From positions 23,685,143-23,722,035 of the forward strand of contig NC_069001.1 of assembly GCF_001194135.2 (NCBI RefSeq): a DNA stretch of 36,893 nucleotides. Direction: 5' to 3'. A program made the position numbers and the translations under genes. This document shows, piece after piece, positions 21,450 through 32,145 of the stretch. This stretch comes from Octopus bimaculoides. Lineage: Eukaryota. A model generated the notes under the pieces. It saw nothing but the letters and a program-made list of their open reading frames with translations, had not been told where the DNA came from and made no database searches. Within the stretch, counting starts at the first letter, position 1, and each line of letters begins with the position of its first letter.

Positions 21450-21600
21450 TATCTCAGATGTTTAGACCATACTTTTATTCTACAACAGTATTAGAAATAT
21501 GTTAGAGTATGTGAGCTTCATGAACAAAGCTCTACAATCTGTTATAGGTCAGGATAATAATAGCAGAATAGCATTTCTTGATGTCCGGGTGCAGATAGCA
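21450..21600 (+). mobile_element. Probable Penelope-like RT remnant
   Basis: YLRCLDHTFIL (decayed YxRYVDDTF) followed, after a frame change, by DNNSRIAFLDVRV (PLE/LINE-type ExxxIAFLDV). Confidence 0.5.
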
Positions 21601-22139
21601 AAATATCCTTGTTCTGAAAGCAAATATCTACTTGACTCTAATTAAATTGCAACTCTCCCCATAATGACAATTTCAAGCACTTGTAACAGCGACCTGATAT
21701 CATGTGTCTAACAATGAAACCTTAACATGGTCACTTCATTTGCAAGAAATAAAGTCTAAATCTCCCTCATATCATAGTCTATTGTCTTAAAGAAATGAAG
21801 ATCACTTAAGATAATTTTAGTGCTGGAAACAAAATTCCTGAGAAAAAAAAGAATGGGTGATCACAACCGGAATGTCTTTAATCATAAGTCTCATTGACCA
21901 GAGTTGATCTGAGGGTTAAACAGCTGTATGAACAAGCTGGAATTATCCACTAAAAAAAAAGAAGTCATGCTTATAAGTAAGAAGTATGTCACACATAGGA
22001 AATATTCATGTTAAGTAAACAGCCATCTTATGTTTTGACTGAGAAGGATAAGATATTTATTGCACTATTTCCAGAATAAGATAGGTGTGGAACTGAGACA
22101 ACTTTGCCAGGAACATTACATACTACTACACCGCTGTTG

Positions 22140-22335
22140 CTGCCACCACCACCACCACCACCACCATCATCACCGTTGTCCAAGAGTCAGATGGAATTTA
22201 CTGAGGTATTTTTTTCTGTGGTTGGATGCTCACCCCATGGGTTAGACATGTTTTTGCAGAATAAAGGAAATGAATGACATTCCTTCGCAACAACCACACA
22301 ATGTCAAGACATGGAGATGCGCACATACACATACA
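22140..22335 (-). mobile_element. SINE tail G copy (head missing)
   Basis: Paralogue of 23690-23880. Confidence 0.7.
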
Positions 22336-22351
22336 CACACAGATATACACA

Positions 22352-22680
22352 CTGAAGAAAGCCATCAAGGAAATAGGCATGGCAGCTGAAACTATCTGAA
22401 GATGGTTATGGTTGATAAGAGACCACAAGTGCAATTCTTCCATACGTGAAAACTAGTTCAGTCTTCACTGCCCCATGCAGGTGAGATGTACAGGTTAAAG
22501 TGTGAAACGCATGTAACCCCAAGATTACCAGATGATGACACAGAAGGGTTTTCAGCATTGCAATCGATTTAAAAGACCTTGCAAAACCTCTCGAGAATCT
22601 CCTGCACATTTTAAGTGGCACAAAGCATCTCTGATGTTTATTTCGCCTCATCTCCTTATGGAAGATGCAACACATCATAA
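22352..22680 (+). mobile_element. HERO/NeSL-like (RLE-type) non-LTR retrotransposon 3' end
   Basis: 22352-22456 encodes LKKAIKEIGMAAETI*RWLWLIRD, which resembles the KAIxxIxEAAExASRWLWxKR C-terminus I recall for HERO elements. The extent of the 3' UTR is a guess. Confidence 0.55.
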
Positions 22681-22901
22681 AGAGATATATCTGTAGTTAA
22701 TACAAGTCCAGTTCAATGTTTGTAAGTAAAATTTAGACATAGTAGTTGCCTCGTTATTTTTAAACTGACTCAAAATATAGACCATAATTTCTGACAAAGG
22801 AGCAGATTGACTGACAGAGTATAACATGGGTGTATGAAGCATGTGGATCTCAGAGGCCAGCTCCATACAGGGTATCTGCTGTTGTCAAAGGTATGTTATG
22901 T

Positions 22902-23130
22902 TTTACCCTTTGGCATTTAAGCCAGCCAAACCAGTTCCAAATATTATAATTGGTTTATGGTCAAATTGACCAGATCAGGCCTCTCACACCTACCCTATAA
23001 TGTCATTCTAAAACTATACACTCACATCATTGAAATCTTAAAGCTACAAGATAATTCATGATACAGTCAAAACAGAATGAATAAAAAAAGGATTACATTT
23101 AAGCAAGTAATTTGAATGCTAAAGGGTTAA
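22902..23130 (-). mobile_element. TTAA-flanked MITE
   Basis: tttaccctttggcatt...ctctcacacctaccctataatgtcattc...aatgctaaagggttaa. Confidence 0.85.
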
Positions 23131-23552
23131 GCAAAGAGCAGACAATTTGGTGACAGCACAGGGCAACCCAAATCCATGCCACACCACTGCCTGTGGGCAT
23201 TGAAAAGTGGGTAGAAAATATTGCCATGTTATTGTATATTCTACTTCCAATATTGTACTTTTAACTTTTTCAACTGGTCCAACACCATGGTGAAGAAAGG
23301 AAAATTATATGAAGTTAAACTCTTTTATGTCTTCTCATTAATAAAGATGAGGGAGGGGTCAAATATATCAGTAATATTTGGGGAGTGGACTAAGGGTTGG
23401 TATTTGTTAGTTTAAGAACTGCGGTTATAAATGATTGAAAAAATAACCTATGCACTGTGTGGCTTAGAAAGACGACCCCATTGTAGATTGGAATCACAGC
23501 TAATAAAAAGAGCTCAAACATCAAACAACTTTGCCAGAAACATTAGGTCATA

Positions 23553-23690
23553 CCATCACCACCACTACCATCACAACCACCACCACTACCACCACTACTA
23601 CTACTACATCACCACTACCATCATCACCACCATCCCACAACCGTCATCATCATCATCGTCACCACCGCTGCCTCTGCTACCATTACCACC
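23553..23690. repeat. (CAC/CAT/TAC)n compound microsatellite
   Basis: Direct reading. It is the source of the poly-His/Thr ORF at 23431-23907. Confidence 0.9.
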
Positions 23691-24033
23691 ATTGTTTTTA
23701 AGCATCCACATTTCCATGCTTGCAAGAGTTAGATGGAATTCATTGAGGTATTTCTTTCTGTGGATGGATGGTCACCCCATGGGCCAGATATGTTTTTGCA
23801 GAATAATGGAAATGAGTGACATTCCTTTGCAACAACTGCACAATGCAAAGACATGGAGACATGCACTCACACACACACACACACACACACGTGACTGGCT
23901 TTTTTAGATTCCATCTACCAAATCTACTCACAAGTCTTTCGTTGGCAAGGAGACATTTGCCCAAGGTGCTCCAGATTGTAACTGAACCTGAAACGATGTG
24001 GTTGGGAAACAAACTTCTCAACTACTCAGCCAT
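23690..24033 (-). mobile_element. SINE: family A head, (TG)n, alternative tail G
   Basis: Head (ttccatctaccaaatctactcacaag...atgtggttgggaaacaaacttc) joined through (CA)n to a tail unlike the family A tail. Confidence 0.75.
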
Positions 24034-24092
24034 TTATAGAATCGATTCAAAACAGAAGTCATATACAATTTTATAGCAGCATTTCCCTTGAG

Positions 24093-24310
24093 TAATAATT
24101 TCAAATTTTGGTACAAAGCTAGCAATTTTGTGGGAGGAGTAAGTTAATTACTCGCCCCCAATACTCAACTGGTACTTATTTTATCAACCCCAAAGAGATG
24201 AATGGTGAAGTCAACTATGGCAAAATTTGAACTCAGAACATACAGATAGTCAAAATGACACTAAGCATTTTGCCCATGTTCAACGTGCTAGTGATTCTGC
24301 CAGCACACCA
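24093..24310 (-). mobile_element. SINE family C
   Basis: ctggtacttattttatcaacccc...tttgaactcagaac...gattctgccagc. Confidence 0.8.
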
Positions 24311-24327
24311 CCACAACATATCCCTTT

Positions 24328-24403
24328 GATAATCCTTTCTACTAAAGGCACAAGGCCTGAAATTTTGACTAGCATGCTAACAATTCTGCCAGCTCATTGC
24401 CCT
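24328..24403 (-). mobile_element. Internally deleted mini SINE C with TSD
   Basis: Head fused directly to tail, flanked by aacatatcccttt at 24315-24327 and 24404-24416. Confidence 0.75.
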
Positions 24404-24639
24404 AACATATCCCTTTAATAATACAAAAGAATCACAGTAGAAGGTATGTGAATTAAGGGGTCGAGCCTATCACACAGGTGCAGTCACTACTTTGGCAAGT
24501 ACAATGAATGCTATGCTTTGCAGCTGAGTTAACTCTCTCAACTGCTGCAAAATGAAAATATTAGACATTGAATAATATAATTTCTCTTTTATCCAGTACA
24601 TATTTATTTCTAGCTCCCTTTTTTTAATACATTCAGAAT

Positions 24640-24800
24640 CAGGAGTGGCTGTGTAGTAAGTAGCTTGCTTACCAACCACATGGTTCTGGGTTCATTCTCA
24701 CTGCGTAGCACCTCAGGCAAGTGTCTTGTACTATAGCCTCGGGCCGACCAAAGCCTTGTGAGTGGATTTGGTAGACGGAAACTGAAAGAAGCCTGTTGTA

Positions 24801-24865
<65 letters not shown>

Positions 24866-25080
24866 GTATGTTTGTGTGTCTGTGTTTGTCCACCCAACAT
24901 CGCTTGACAACCGATGGTGGTGTGTTTACATCACCGTAACTTAGTGGTTCGGCAAAATAGACTGATAGAATAAGTACTAGGCTTACAAAGAATAAGTCCT
25001 AGGGTCGATTTGCTTGACTAAAAGCGGTGCTCCAGCATGGCTACGGTCAAATGACTGAAAGAAGTAAAGAGTGAAGAGTA
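24640..25080 (+). mobile_element. SINE family A, young near-consensus copy
   Basis: caggagtggctgtgtagtaag...gggttcattctc...cctcaggcaagtgtctt...(TA)n...gactgaaagaagtaaagag, with many CpGs retained. Confidence 0.92.
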
Positions 25081-26095
25081 ATCACATAATAAAATACATT
25101 AACACTGACTTATATTTTTTTTCCATACAAATGGCTTCTCTCAGTATTTTAATCCCTAATAAATTCTTCTGCTCTACACCCAGAAATATACAATCATTTA
25201 TATTCATTTTTGTTCCAAGCCGATGAAGTCAAGCTAAAACTGAAAGATGTCCTGAATTGCCCCCCTATACTTGACAGTAGAATGAATAGTATTTTTTAAA
25301 TTTATTTATGCTGTTTTCAGTTTCTTTTTTTTTTTTCAATGCATGTTTATTTGTAATTAGCCATTTAATATTCCATGCATTTAATTTGCTAAATTACATG
25401 CCCCACCTTTCTGTCTTTACATACATACAAACATGCATGTATACATGAATACATACAAATTTTCATTGGTACCTATCATCATAAGTGCATTAGGTTATGC
25501 ACAGACAAATTTGCACAAAAACCTAGAAATACTCAGTTTCGCAGAGAAAGAGCAACAGAGATTGTTGTGGATTCTCCAAATCCAATCTTTTAGTAGCACA
25601 ATGAAGACTTGTAAGACATTCTAGAAATTCTCCATCTTAAATTCTTACATGAATAGATGCACATATTTGGGTGCCTGCATCAACAGTTCAACCAACACAC
25701 CAATGCAACCACATATTTACAAACACCAGGAACTCTCTTAACTCAAAAAGTCTTGTTGCTTTGTTAGCAACCATCTTGAACTCTCACACAAAGAACTGAA
25801 ATAAAACTCAAAGAAAAATCATACATACACACATACATGTGTAGATGCATCATACCTGCATGGATGCTCATAGTTGTCAGTTGTCCATAAGTCAGAAATA
25901 AAAGTACACATGATATAAGTAAGACTGGGTATATTTTGATATTGTCAACCAGTATGTCACAAGTTATGGAATATAAATGGTGAGAATGTTACCATTGATT
26001 GTGTTAAACAATACTGATGATTCATTAGTTATCCTGGGCAGGAGCACATAACCTCTTTAAGGTTGGAGGTAAATAGACACTAGGTTGATTTGGTG

Positions 26096-26262
26096 GTTGC
26101 TTAGCTTTTACACAGTGAGTTCAAATTCTGCTGAGGCTGACTTTGCCTTTCATCCCTTTTGGGGTCGATTAAATAAGTACCACTAGACCAACGGGGTCAA
26201 TGTAATCGACTTATTCCAACCCACGAAATTGCTGGCCTTGTGCCAAAATTTGAAACCAATAT
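26096..26262 (+). mobile_element. SINE family C
   Basis: tgagttcaaattctgctgaggctgactttgcctttcatccc...ggccttgtgccaaaatttgaaacc. Confidence 0.8.
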
Positions 26263-26674
26263 TGTCAAGTGGCATGCTAAACTGATTTTAATATTCTGAA
26301 TCAGTAATGTATTGCTTGACATTACAAAAATTTGCATGCATAAATACATGAATACAATCTGTAAGTGGAACAGTAAAAATATGCAAAACTTTTCTCAAGT
26401 TTAAAATGTGACATTATTTTCGTTATCTACATCCAATAATGGAGCATTGTATCTTTGTTAGAAACAAATCCCTTCTTCAGAGTAGGAATTTAAATTATTA
26501 AAAACTAAAGAGGACATACAAATCTTCACACACAAACACACACCTATATACATGTATGTGTATGTTGTTTGATCACAAATTCATTTGTAGATAGCTCATA
26601 GTTTGTCTATTAAATATGGCTAACACGAAGTTGAGCTGAGTATAATTGCCAGACCTTTGTGGTTGATACTATTC

Positions 26675-27083
26675 ATTTTCTTTTATTTGTTTCAGTCATT
26701 TGACTGTGGCCATGCTAGAGCACCGCCTTTAGTCGAACAAATCGACCTCAGGACTTATTCTTTGTAAGCCTAGTAATTATTCTATTGGTCTCCTTTGCTG
26801 AACTGATAAGTTACGGGGATGTAAACACACCAACATTGGTTGTCAAGTGATGGTGGGAGGACAATGACAGACAGACACACAAACACATATATATCATCAT
26901 CATCATCATCATCGCTTAACGCCTGATTTCCATGCCAGCATGGGTTGGACGATTTGATTGAGGACTGGTGAACCAGATGGCTACACCAGGCTCCAATCTG
27001 ATTTGGCAGAGTTTCTACAGCTGGATGCCCTTCCTAACGCCAACCACTCCAAGAGTGTAGTGGGTGCTTTTACGTGCCACCGG

Positions 27084-27159
<76 letters not shown>

Positions 27160-27292
27160 CATACGGCAAGGCTTTGGTTGGCCCAAGGTTATAGTAGAAG
27201 ACACTAGCCCAAGGTGCCATGCAGTGGTACTGAACCTGGAACCATGTGGTTGGTAAGCAAGATACTTTCCACACAGCCACTCCTGCGCCTAT
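26675..27292 (-). mobile_element. SINE A with an RTE 3' end (26893-27086) nested in its internal microsatellite
   Basis: Tail 26675-26892, family B copy, (CA)n(TA)n, then head 27167-27292. Confidence 0.88.
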
Positions 27293-28004
27293 GGATAACT
27301 TAGTTCAATGATTGCACAGTTTTACAACTATTTTCACTCCATACCCATGGAATGAGTTTTGAGAAGGCTGTTTGATATTCCTGAGTTCCAATCCCAGTCC
27401 AAGTATTATCTACTTATACACAGTAAGCATTCCACTGTTGATGAAAAAAGATTAAATATTTTGAAATGAAGTGTTTTAAAGAGAAGAAGAAATATCTTTT
27501 CGTCAGTACTAATAATAACTTGTGTAAAATTTAGGCACAAAAAAACTGCATTAGAAAATACAAGAAGCAATGAAGAAAAGCAGTGCAGGGGTTTGGTGTA
27601 ATGTGGAGCTGGGTTGGATTGTTAAATAAAGAAATGAGCTGGTTAAACTGATGGAATTTGGCTTAATTCAGATATAACATTTAATGTTGGCAAAGTTAGC
27701 TGAGCTACGTGATCTGTATAAATTTCAATTTCAATACCAGCAAAATGTCTCCTGATGCTTTAAGTCAGTGATAGAAAAGCAAAGCAAATATCAAGTTTGA
27801 GAAAATATAGCATCTCTTCTTGATCTGTGACTCTCCTTATATTTCTGTGACAAATACATTGCTGTAACTGTTTACACAGAGGCATCGGCAATTCTCTTCA
27901 CAGAATTCAGACAGCAAAACCAAATTTTTTACTGTGAAATGAAAATAAAGAAAACTTGTTAAAGGAAAATAAAATCTGTTATATATCAATGCGCTTATAT
28001 GTAA

Positions 28005-28043
28005 GTGTGTGTGTGTGTGTGTGTGTATAGANNNNNNNNNNAT

Positions 28044-28086
<43 letters not shown>

Positions 28087-28140
28087 TACACACATACATA
28101 CACATACATACATAAGCATACATGTATGTGTGTATATATT
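28005..28140. repeat. (TG)n/(GATA)n/(CATA)n compound microsatellite with gap
   Basis: Direct reading. Confidence 0.9.
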
Positions 28141-29222
28141 ATTGCTTGCTTAGTATAGTATACAGAGCACGATATATAGCTAATGTTTAGATCTCCATGT
28201 GTTTATCGTTCTAAAGATGCATCTGTGAAAAGAAATTGAAATATTTTAGCAAATTTCTTGTTGTTGTTGTCCATCAAGTTCAGAACACATGATATGTTCA
28301 TATATTTATTTGATACATCCTTACATGTATTTCATGTATAAAATCCATTAAGCAAGGGTTTTCAAAGAACATGATTACATCATCAAATCATCAGAGTTTG
28401 TAAAACAAATGAAATATTAGTCTTAAGAAAATTCATACTAGATAATTATGCTGTTTCTGTAAAATTTAGATTTTATTGTAAATATTGCCTGAAGATTTAT
28501 TTAAATAGGCTTGTATAAGAGACTATCTAATACTATAATAAATATATTTTTACACATAAAAAATTAATGCTGTTAGTATTTTTGGAAGAATGCATCTGGT
28601 TTTTAAAATTAAAAGAGGTAGCAATTATGGTAGAATGATGTATCATAAATAATGCTCTAGCTGATAGAGAACAGAAGTGAGACTGACTATATACACCTGA
28701 AGCCCTCAAAATATAAAAAAAATAGAAAGAATAATATTCTAGTTCTGTGCAGCCATAAAAGTTTATAAGTTAAGTACTACCAGCAAAAAATTATAGTTAC
28801 ATATAGTATAAAATAAACTCATAATAAAAACATGAAGTATTTTTGAACAAAGTTTTAAATAGTCAAACAAGCACTTTTAATGCCTTTGAGAATGCTATTT
28901 TCATATATCAACAATTTCCCAATATCCACAGAAGGCACCATGTTGGAATTTCTGTTTCTTATATCTGTGTACTGCTATGGCTGTGTTAAATATGTGATGC
29001 CATTGCAGTGTATTAGCTTAAATTAAGAAGTATATATGTCTATATATGTTTGTGGATGTGTGTGTGTGTGTATACATATCCGTATATGGATGTATGCACA
29101 TGCATATATGTTTGTATACATTAGCTATGTTTATGTAGATATATGTTTCTATACATATATGTATGTATGAATATGTACTTGTATGTATGAATAAACAGTT
29201 GAATCAAAAGATATCAAAGTGA

Positions 29223-29308
29223 AGACCCTGAAGAAATTAGACTGGTGTTATAGTAGGGTTGAAATTGCAATGGTTACTAATTGATGCAATAGAAACATGT
29301 GTAGGTCT
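29223..29308 (+). ncRNA. Hammerhead-like motif with a 57-nt helix II insertion
   Basis: agacc-CTGAAGA (29228-29234), 57 nt, GAAA (29292-29295), catgtGT-A (29303), ggtct. Helix I is a perfect 5 bp, helix III is ACA/TGT and the triplet is GUA. Confidence 0.55.
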
Positions 29309-29317
29309 ACTTGAAGC

Positions 29318-29320
<3 letters not shown>

Positions 29321-29379
<59 letters not shown>
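29321..29379. repeat. (TA)n(GA)n microsatellite
   Basis: Direct reading. Confidence 0.95.
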
Positions 29380-29386
<7 letters not shown>

Positions 29387-29567
29387 AAAAAAAAACAAAA
29401 GATGAAGACAGGTGGTGTAGACAACAAACAGATGTATTAGTGTAACGCTTGGGAAGCGAAAAAGTCTTTAACGTTTTGAGCCTGGGCTCTTCCACAGAAA
29501 GGAACACGGAAGGAAACAAGGTGAGAAAAAAAAAAAGAATGTGTAGTGGCTAGCGATCTATCATGGC

Positions 29568-29570
<3 letters not shown>
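29380..29570 (-). mobile_element. PLE-like terminal fragment between (GA)n and (TA)n runs, containing a decayed minimal hammerhead at 29466-29501
   Basis: Reverse strand cttt-CTGTGGA-A-gagc-ccag-gctc-AAAA-cgT-T-aaag. Helices I, II and III all pair, but the core has A6-to-U and G12-to-A changes. Confidence 0.6.
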
Positions 29571-29600
<30 letters not shown>

Positions 29601-30145
29601 GTAAATATATAAAGGAATTAAAGGTAATTCTATGCTACTTTGTAGTAATCCTTATTATCATCATCATCATCATTATATATATATGTTGTAAGAACAACTA
29701 TGCATGCATACCTATGTGCATATATGTATATTAATCTATTTGTACTGGTGTGAGTGTGTAAATTTTGATTAAAAACTAAAATATAGAAACTTTGGTCAGG
29801 TTACTATATTTTCCTTGTCATTTAACTTTGATACCAGATATCATGAACCTTTCTTGGAATTGTTTAGCAGACAGCATGAAGCTTTAATTCACCTACAGAC
29901 TATGATAGGATAGGATTAACCCTAGAAGCAGGAAGCCTATTTACTTAAATTGACGACCTTAATCAGGACAAAATCCAAATTCTGCAGAAGCATTGTAATT
30001 AACTGCCAACTGTGAATTATCTTCAGGCTAATATTTCATTTATTGCACAAACTCTGATGATTTGGTAATGTAAGAGGATTATAAGATAATCCTTACATAA
30101 TGGATATAGTTATTAATGAAATACATATAAAGAAAACCTGTCCCC

Positions 30146-30477
30146 TGGCCATGCTGGGGTACCACCTTGAAAATTTTTTAACTGAATATAGACCCCAGTA
30201 CATAGATTTTAAAGCCTGGTACTTATTCTATCAATCTCTTTTGTCGAACCACTAAGTTACAGGAGACATGAACACACCAACATTGGTTGTCAACAGGTGA
30301 AGGAGGGAGGACAAACACATACACACACACACACATTTATATACATATATCATCATCATCATCATCATCATCATCATCGTTTAACGTCCGCTTTCCATGC
30401 TAGCATGGGTTGGACGATTTGACTGAGGACTGGTGAAACCGGATGGCAACACCAGGCTCCAATCTAATTTGGCAGAG

Positions 30478-30516
<39 letters not shown>

Positions 30517-30685
30517 CATATATACGATGGTCTTCTTTCAGTTCCCGTCTACCAAATCCACTCACAAGGTTTTGGTCTGCCCAAGGCTATAGTAGAAGAC
30601 ACTTACCCAAGGTGTCATGTAGTGGGACTGAATCCTGAACCATGTGGTTGGGAAGCAAGCTTATTACGACACAGCCATGCAAGCA
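30146..30685 (-). mobile_element. SINE A with an RTE 3' end (30349-30477) nested in its internal microsatellite
   Basis: Same architecture as 26675-27292. Confidence 0.88.
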
Positions 30686-30718
30686 TATATAAGTCTTTTA
30701 TGATTATATAATCAAGTG

Positions 30719-30907
30719 TAAGGCAGTGAGCTTGCAGGACTGTTGCAACACGCAACAAAATGTTCAGCAAAATTTCTTTCAATTCTTTACATTTTGAGTT
30801 CAAGTCCTGCCAAGGGTGACTTTGCCTTTCATCCTTTCCAGGTTGATAACATAAGTTGCAGCTGAGCACTGAGATCTATATAACTGACTTTCCCCTCTAC
30901 TCAAGAG
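30719..30907 (+). mobile_element. SINE family C
   Basis: gtaaggcagtgagcttgcagg...gagttcaagtcc...gactttgcctttcatcctttcc. Confidence 0.75.
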
Positions 30908-31109
30908 TGTTAGTCTTAATGCTGAAATTAGAAAGGTGAGTATTGGTGTAATCTATTATATGTGAGCGTAATTTATATACAGCCATTTATCTCTGGATAT
31001 TTGCCTTGGCACATGACTAAAATTCTTGTTACTCTATTGAATGTCAAGTTGTATTCAATAATAGCACTTGATTAGTATATTATGGGTGTCTAATATAATT
31101 CCTACCCTA

Positions 31110-32145
31110 AAGAAAAAAGATTAATAGATGTTTCGGTCATGCATTTTGCCATCTTCACAGCAGAGGTAAAGTAATTAACAGAGCATTAAAGTGTGAAATG
31201 GACACAACTGTTTATGGCTGTACACTTGTATTACTTCTATAACTTGAGCTACAAGGTGTAAACAAGTGGAGAGTTAGATTAAGAGATGGCAATTGTGATT
31301 GGTTATCGATTATCGATGGGAGGTTATTTTCATATTGTAATTGTAGCTATAGGTGTTGTTATGTTGAAAAGAGTGAAAAAAAAAGAAAAAATGCAAGTAT
31401 CTATTTTTTTTCATTTTTTTTTTTTTTTCATCTGGTTATTTCTGTAGCTTGTTAAAATTGATTTCTTGCTAATTGACAGTTTCAGTGGAATTTTACAACT
31501 CTTTTTTTATTCAAACATGTTTAATAGACATGTTGGATGTTGATACTGTTTTATCCGCACTAATTAATTTTAAATTTAGTTATTTCGGTAGTTTGTAACA
31601 ATTTGATCTCTATCAATAGGAAGTTTTATTTCTGGTTTTGTCATGTTTGTTTAACTGGATTCATGGTTTAATACTGGTGTCTTATCTGTGGTAATTACTT
31701 GTTTATTAAAGCTTGTGTGATTTTAATGATTGTGTTGCTGTCTTTAATCTGTTTGTATCTAGCTCACACTTTTGTAACAGTAACAAATATATTTCCTATA
31801 TATCCAACTCTCGCACATGTGTATTTAGACACTTGAAGTCCTTTTTAGATAATGTAATTGACTGTCATTGTTGCTTGAGGTGGAATGAATTAGGTCTGGG
31901 TGGATCGGCAATTACAAGTTGGCTGATGAGTTAGAGGCTGGATGGATGTGGATTACCTTCTTATATATTTTTGAGATGGATGTGTTGTGATATTAAGATA
32001 CTGTCCAGGCAGTAAAAGCTGGTTTTGACATTGTACCAATTGAAAAGTGTGTGTACTGTATAAAAATGACTAGAAAATATTAATCTAACCAAGACAGGAA
32101 TTTCTGGATATGTTGGATTTTACATTCATTTTATGTGCTGAATAA
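31110..32145 (-). mobile_element. Decayed Penelope-like element (Neptune-type linker, Cys knuckle, GIY-YIG endonuclease) with a 3' hammerhead-like remnant
   Basis: Frame-broken peptides NVKSNISR, KFLSWLD*YF, HTLFNWYNVKTSFYCLDSI and PTCNCRSTQT...NYII*KG...VGYIG...ARYKQ match PLE motifs (NVKTNIG, HKIFNRNNVKVSYSCM, CNCR, IY..YIG). GTGAAGA-T-GG...CC-GAAAC lies at 31158-31130. Confidence 0.8.

Noticed and set aside
22501-22545. Permuted hammerhead word order GAAAC...GTA...ATGATGA in the HERO-like 3' UTR
   Set aside because: C3 is absent and helix I cannot be paired.
22871-22890. 20-nt micro-exon candidate (cag|...aag|gtatgt)
   Set aside because: The polypyrimidine tract is weak and no partner exons were identified, so it cannot be supported from sequence alone.
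27580-27650. QGFGVMWSWVG resembling a Tc1/maT GGVMxW motif
   Set aside because: No TIRs or other transposase motifs nearby.
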